Shown here: positions 63,368 through 64,000 of the stretch, in pieces
Numbering within the stretch: position 1 is the stretch's first letter
Layout: every line of letters begins with the position of its first letter
DNA from: Octopus bimaculoides
Lineage: Eukaryota
Assembly (NCBI RefSeq): GCF_001194135.2
Contig: NC_068981.1
Location: 120,892,071-120,956,070, forward strand
Reading direction: 5' to 3'
DNA: 64,000 nucleotides
Made by a program: the position numbers and the translations under genes
Notes under the pieces: model-generated
What the model was told of the DNA's origin: nothing
The model's input: only the letters and a program-made list of their open reading frames with translations
The model's database searches: none

Positions 63368-64000
63368 CAGGGTGCGATGGGTAAATTGTCACTATTTTAT
63401 ACTTTTCATTTTGTGCATGCACATTGTTTTTGATTTTGTTGACTATACAGTATAGTAGGATCAGTTGGGCACTGACTGTGAGAAAAACTGCACCATTATG
63501 CAGTTCACTCTACAAGAAATTTGGAAACAACATGCTGTACTGCTTGGCATTTCACAATATTTGGGTGTCAATCTGAAGACAGTGCAATCTGAAGACAGTG
63601 CAATCTGAGGACATGTACCAAGAGTGATAAAAATCAAACATCCAGTCAACATCATGGTGTTTGGAGTGAGCACTAGTGAAGGTGATGTTATGCCTCCATT
63701 TGTCTTCCCACACGGCCTCAGACTCAATACGGAGGCCTACATCAAATGCCTGGTGGAGGTAGTGCTACCCTGGGTGAAGAGGGTGGCTGCTGGAAGACCC
63801 TATGTCTGCCAACAGGACCCTGCACCATGCCACACAAGCAGGAGAACCCAGACATAGCTGTCAGACAATTTCTGCAACCACATCACCCCTAACATCTGGC
63901 CACCTAACTCCCCAGATTGCAACCCCCTTGATTATTGTGTGGGGTGCAGTTGAGTGAGAGACCAACAAAACTCCTTGTAACACCAAAGGATTATGGCAGC
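63368..64000 (+). mobile_element. Tc1/mariner-superfamily maT (DD37D) transposon, defective, internally deleted, runs off the window
   Basis: Begins TA-CAGGGTG. Reads KHPVNIMVFGV..EGDVMPPFVFPHGLRLNTEAYIKCL..VLPWVKRVAAGRPYVCQQDPAPCHTSRRTQT*LSDNFCNHITPNIWPPNSPDCNPLDY, with 37 positions between the QQD and PLD aspartates. Confidence 0.92.

Noticed and set aside
59021-64000. Next LRR exon of the gene
   Set aside because: Acceptor candidates near 60585 and 61207 hit stops in the required phase; the next exon is probably beyond the window.

Overview
AT-rich, microsatellite- and retroposon-dense animal genomic DNA with about 15 N gaps. The repeat families match what I recall of an octopod (Octopus-like) genome; this is recognition, not a database hit. 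About 98% of the window is intronic sequence of one plus-strand gene. I could splice 8 internal coding exons in one open frame (5716-5925, 25213-25296, 34808-34921, 38668-38995, 41938-42003, 53126-53202, 56297-56371, 58859-59020; 1116 nt, GT-AG, phases consistent). Start and stop lie outside the window or were not found. The protein carries two SHP-box-like p97/VCP-binding motifs, a His/Gln tract, a BC-box/Cul2-box-like segment and RI/AMN1-type leucine-rich repeats. It resembles an uncharacterised UBX-LRR family I recall from fish and invertebrates. The introns hold RTE LINE fragments (some ~99% identical), R4/Dong-type RLE LINE remnants, a CR1/Jockey-type relic, two tRNA-headed SINE families, an AAT-flanked 570-bp repeat, mariner/maT/hAT/piggyBac-type elements, Penelope-type termini with hammerhead-ribozyme motifs and several long fold-back inverted repeats. 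There is no rRNA, functional tRNA or CRISPR. Almost all ORFs in the supplied track are microsatellite or gap artefacts.
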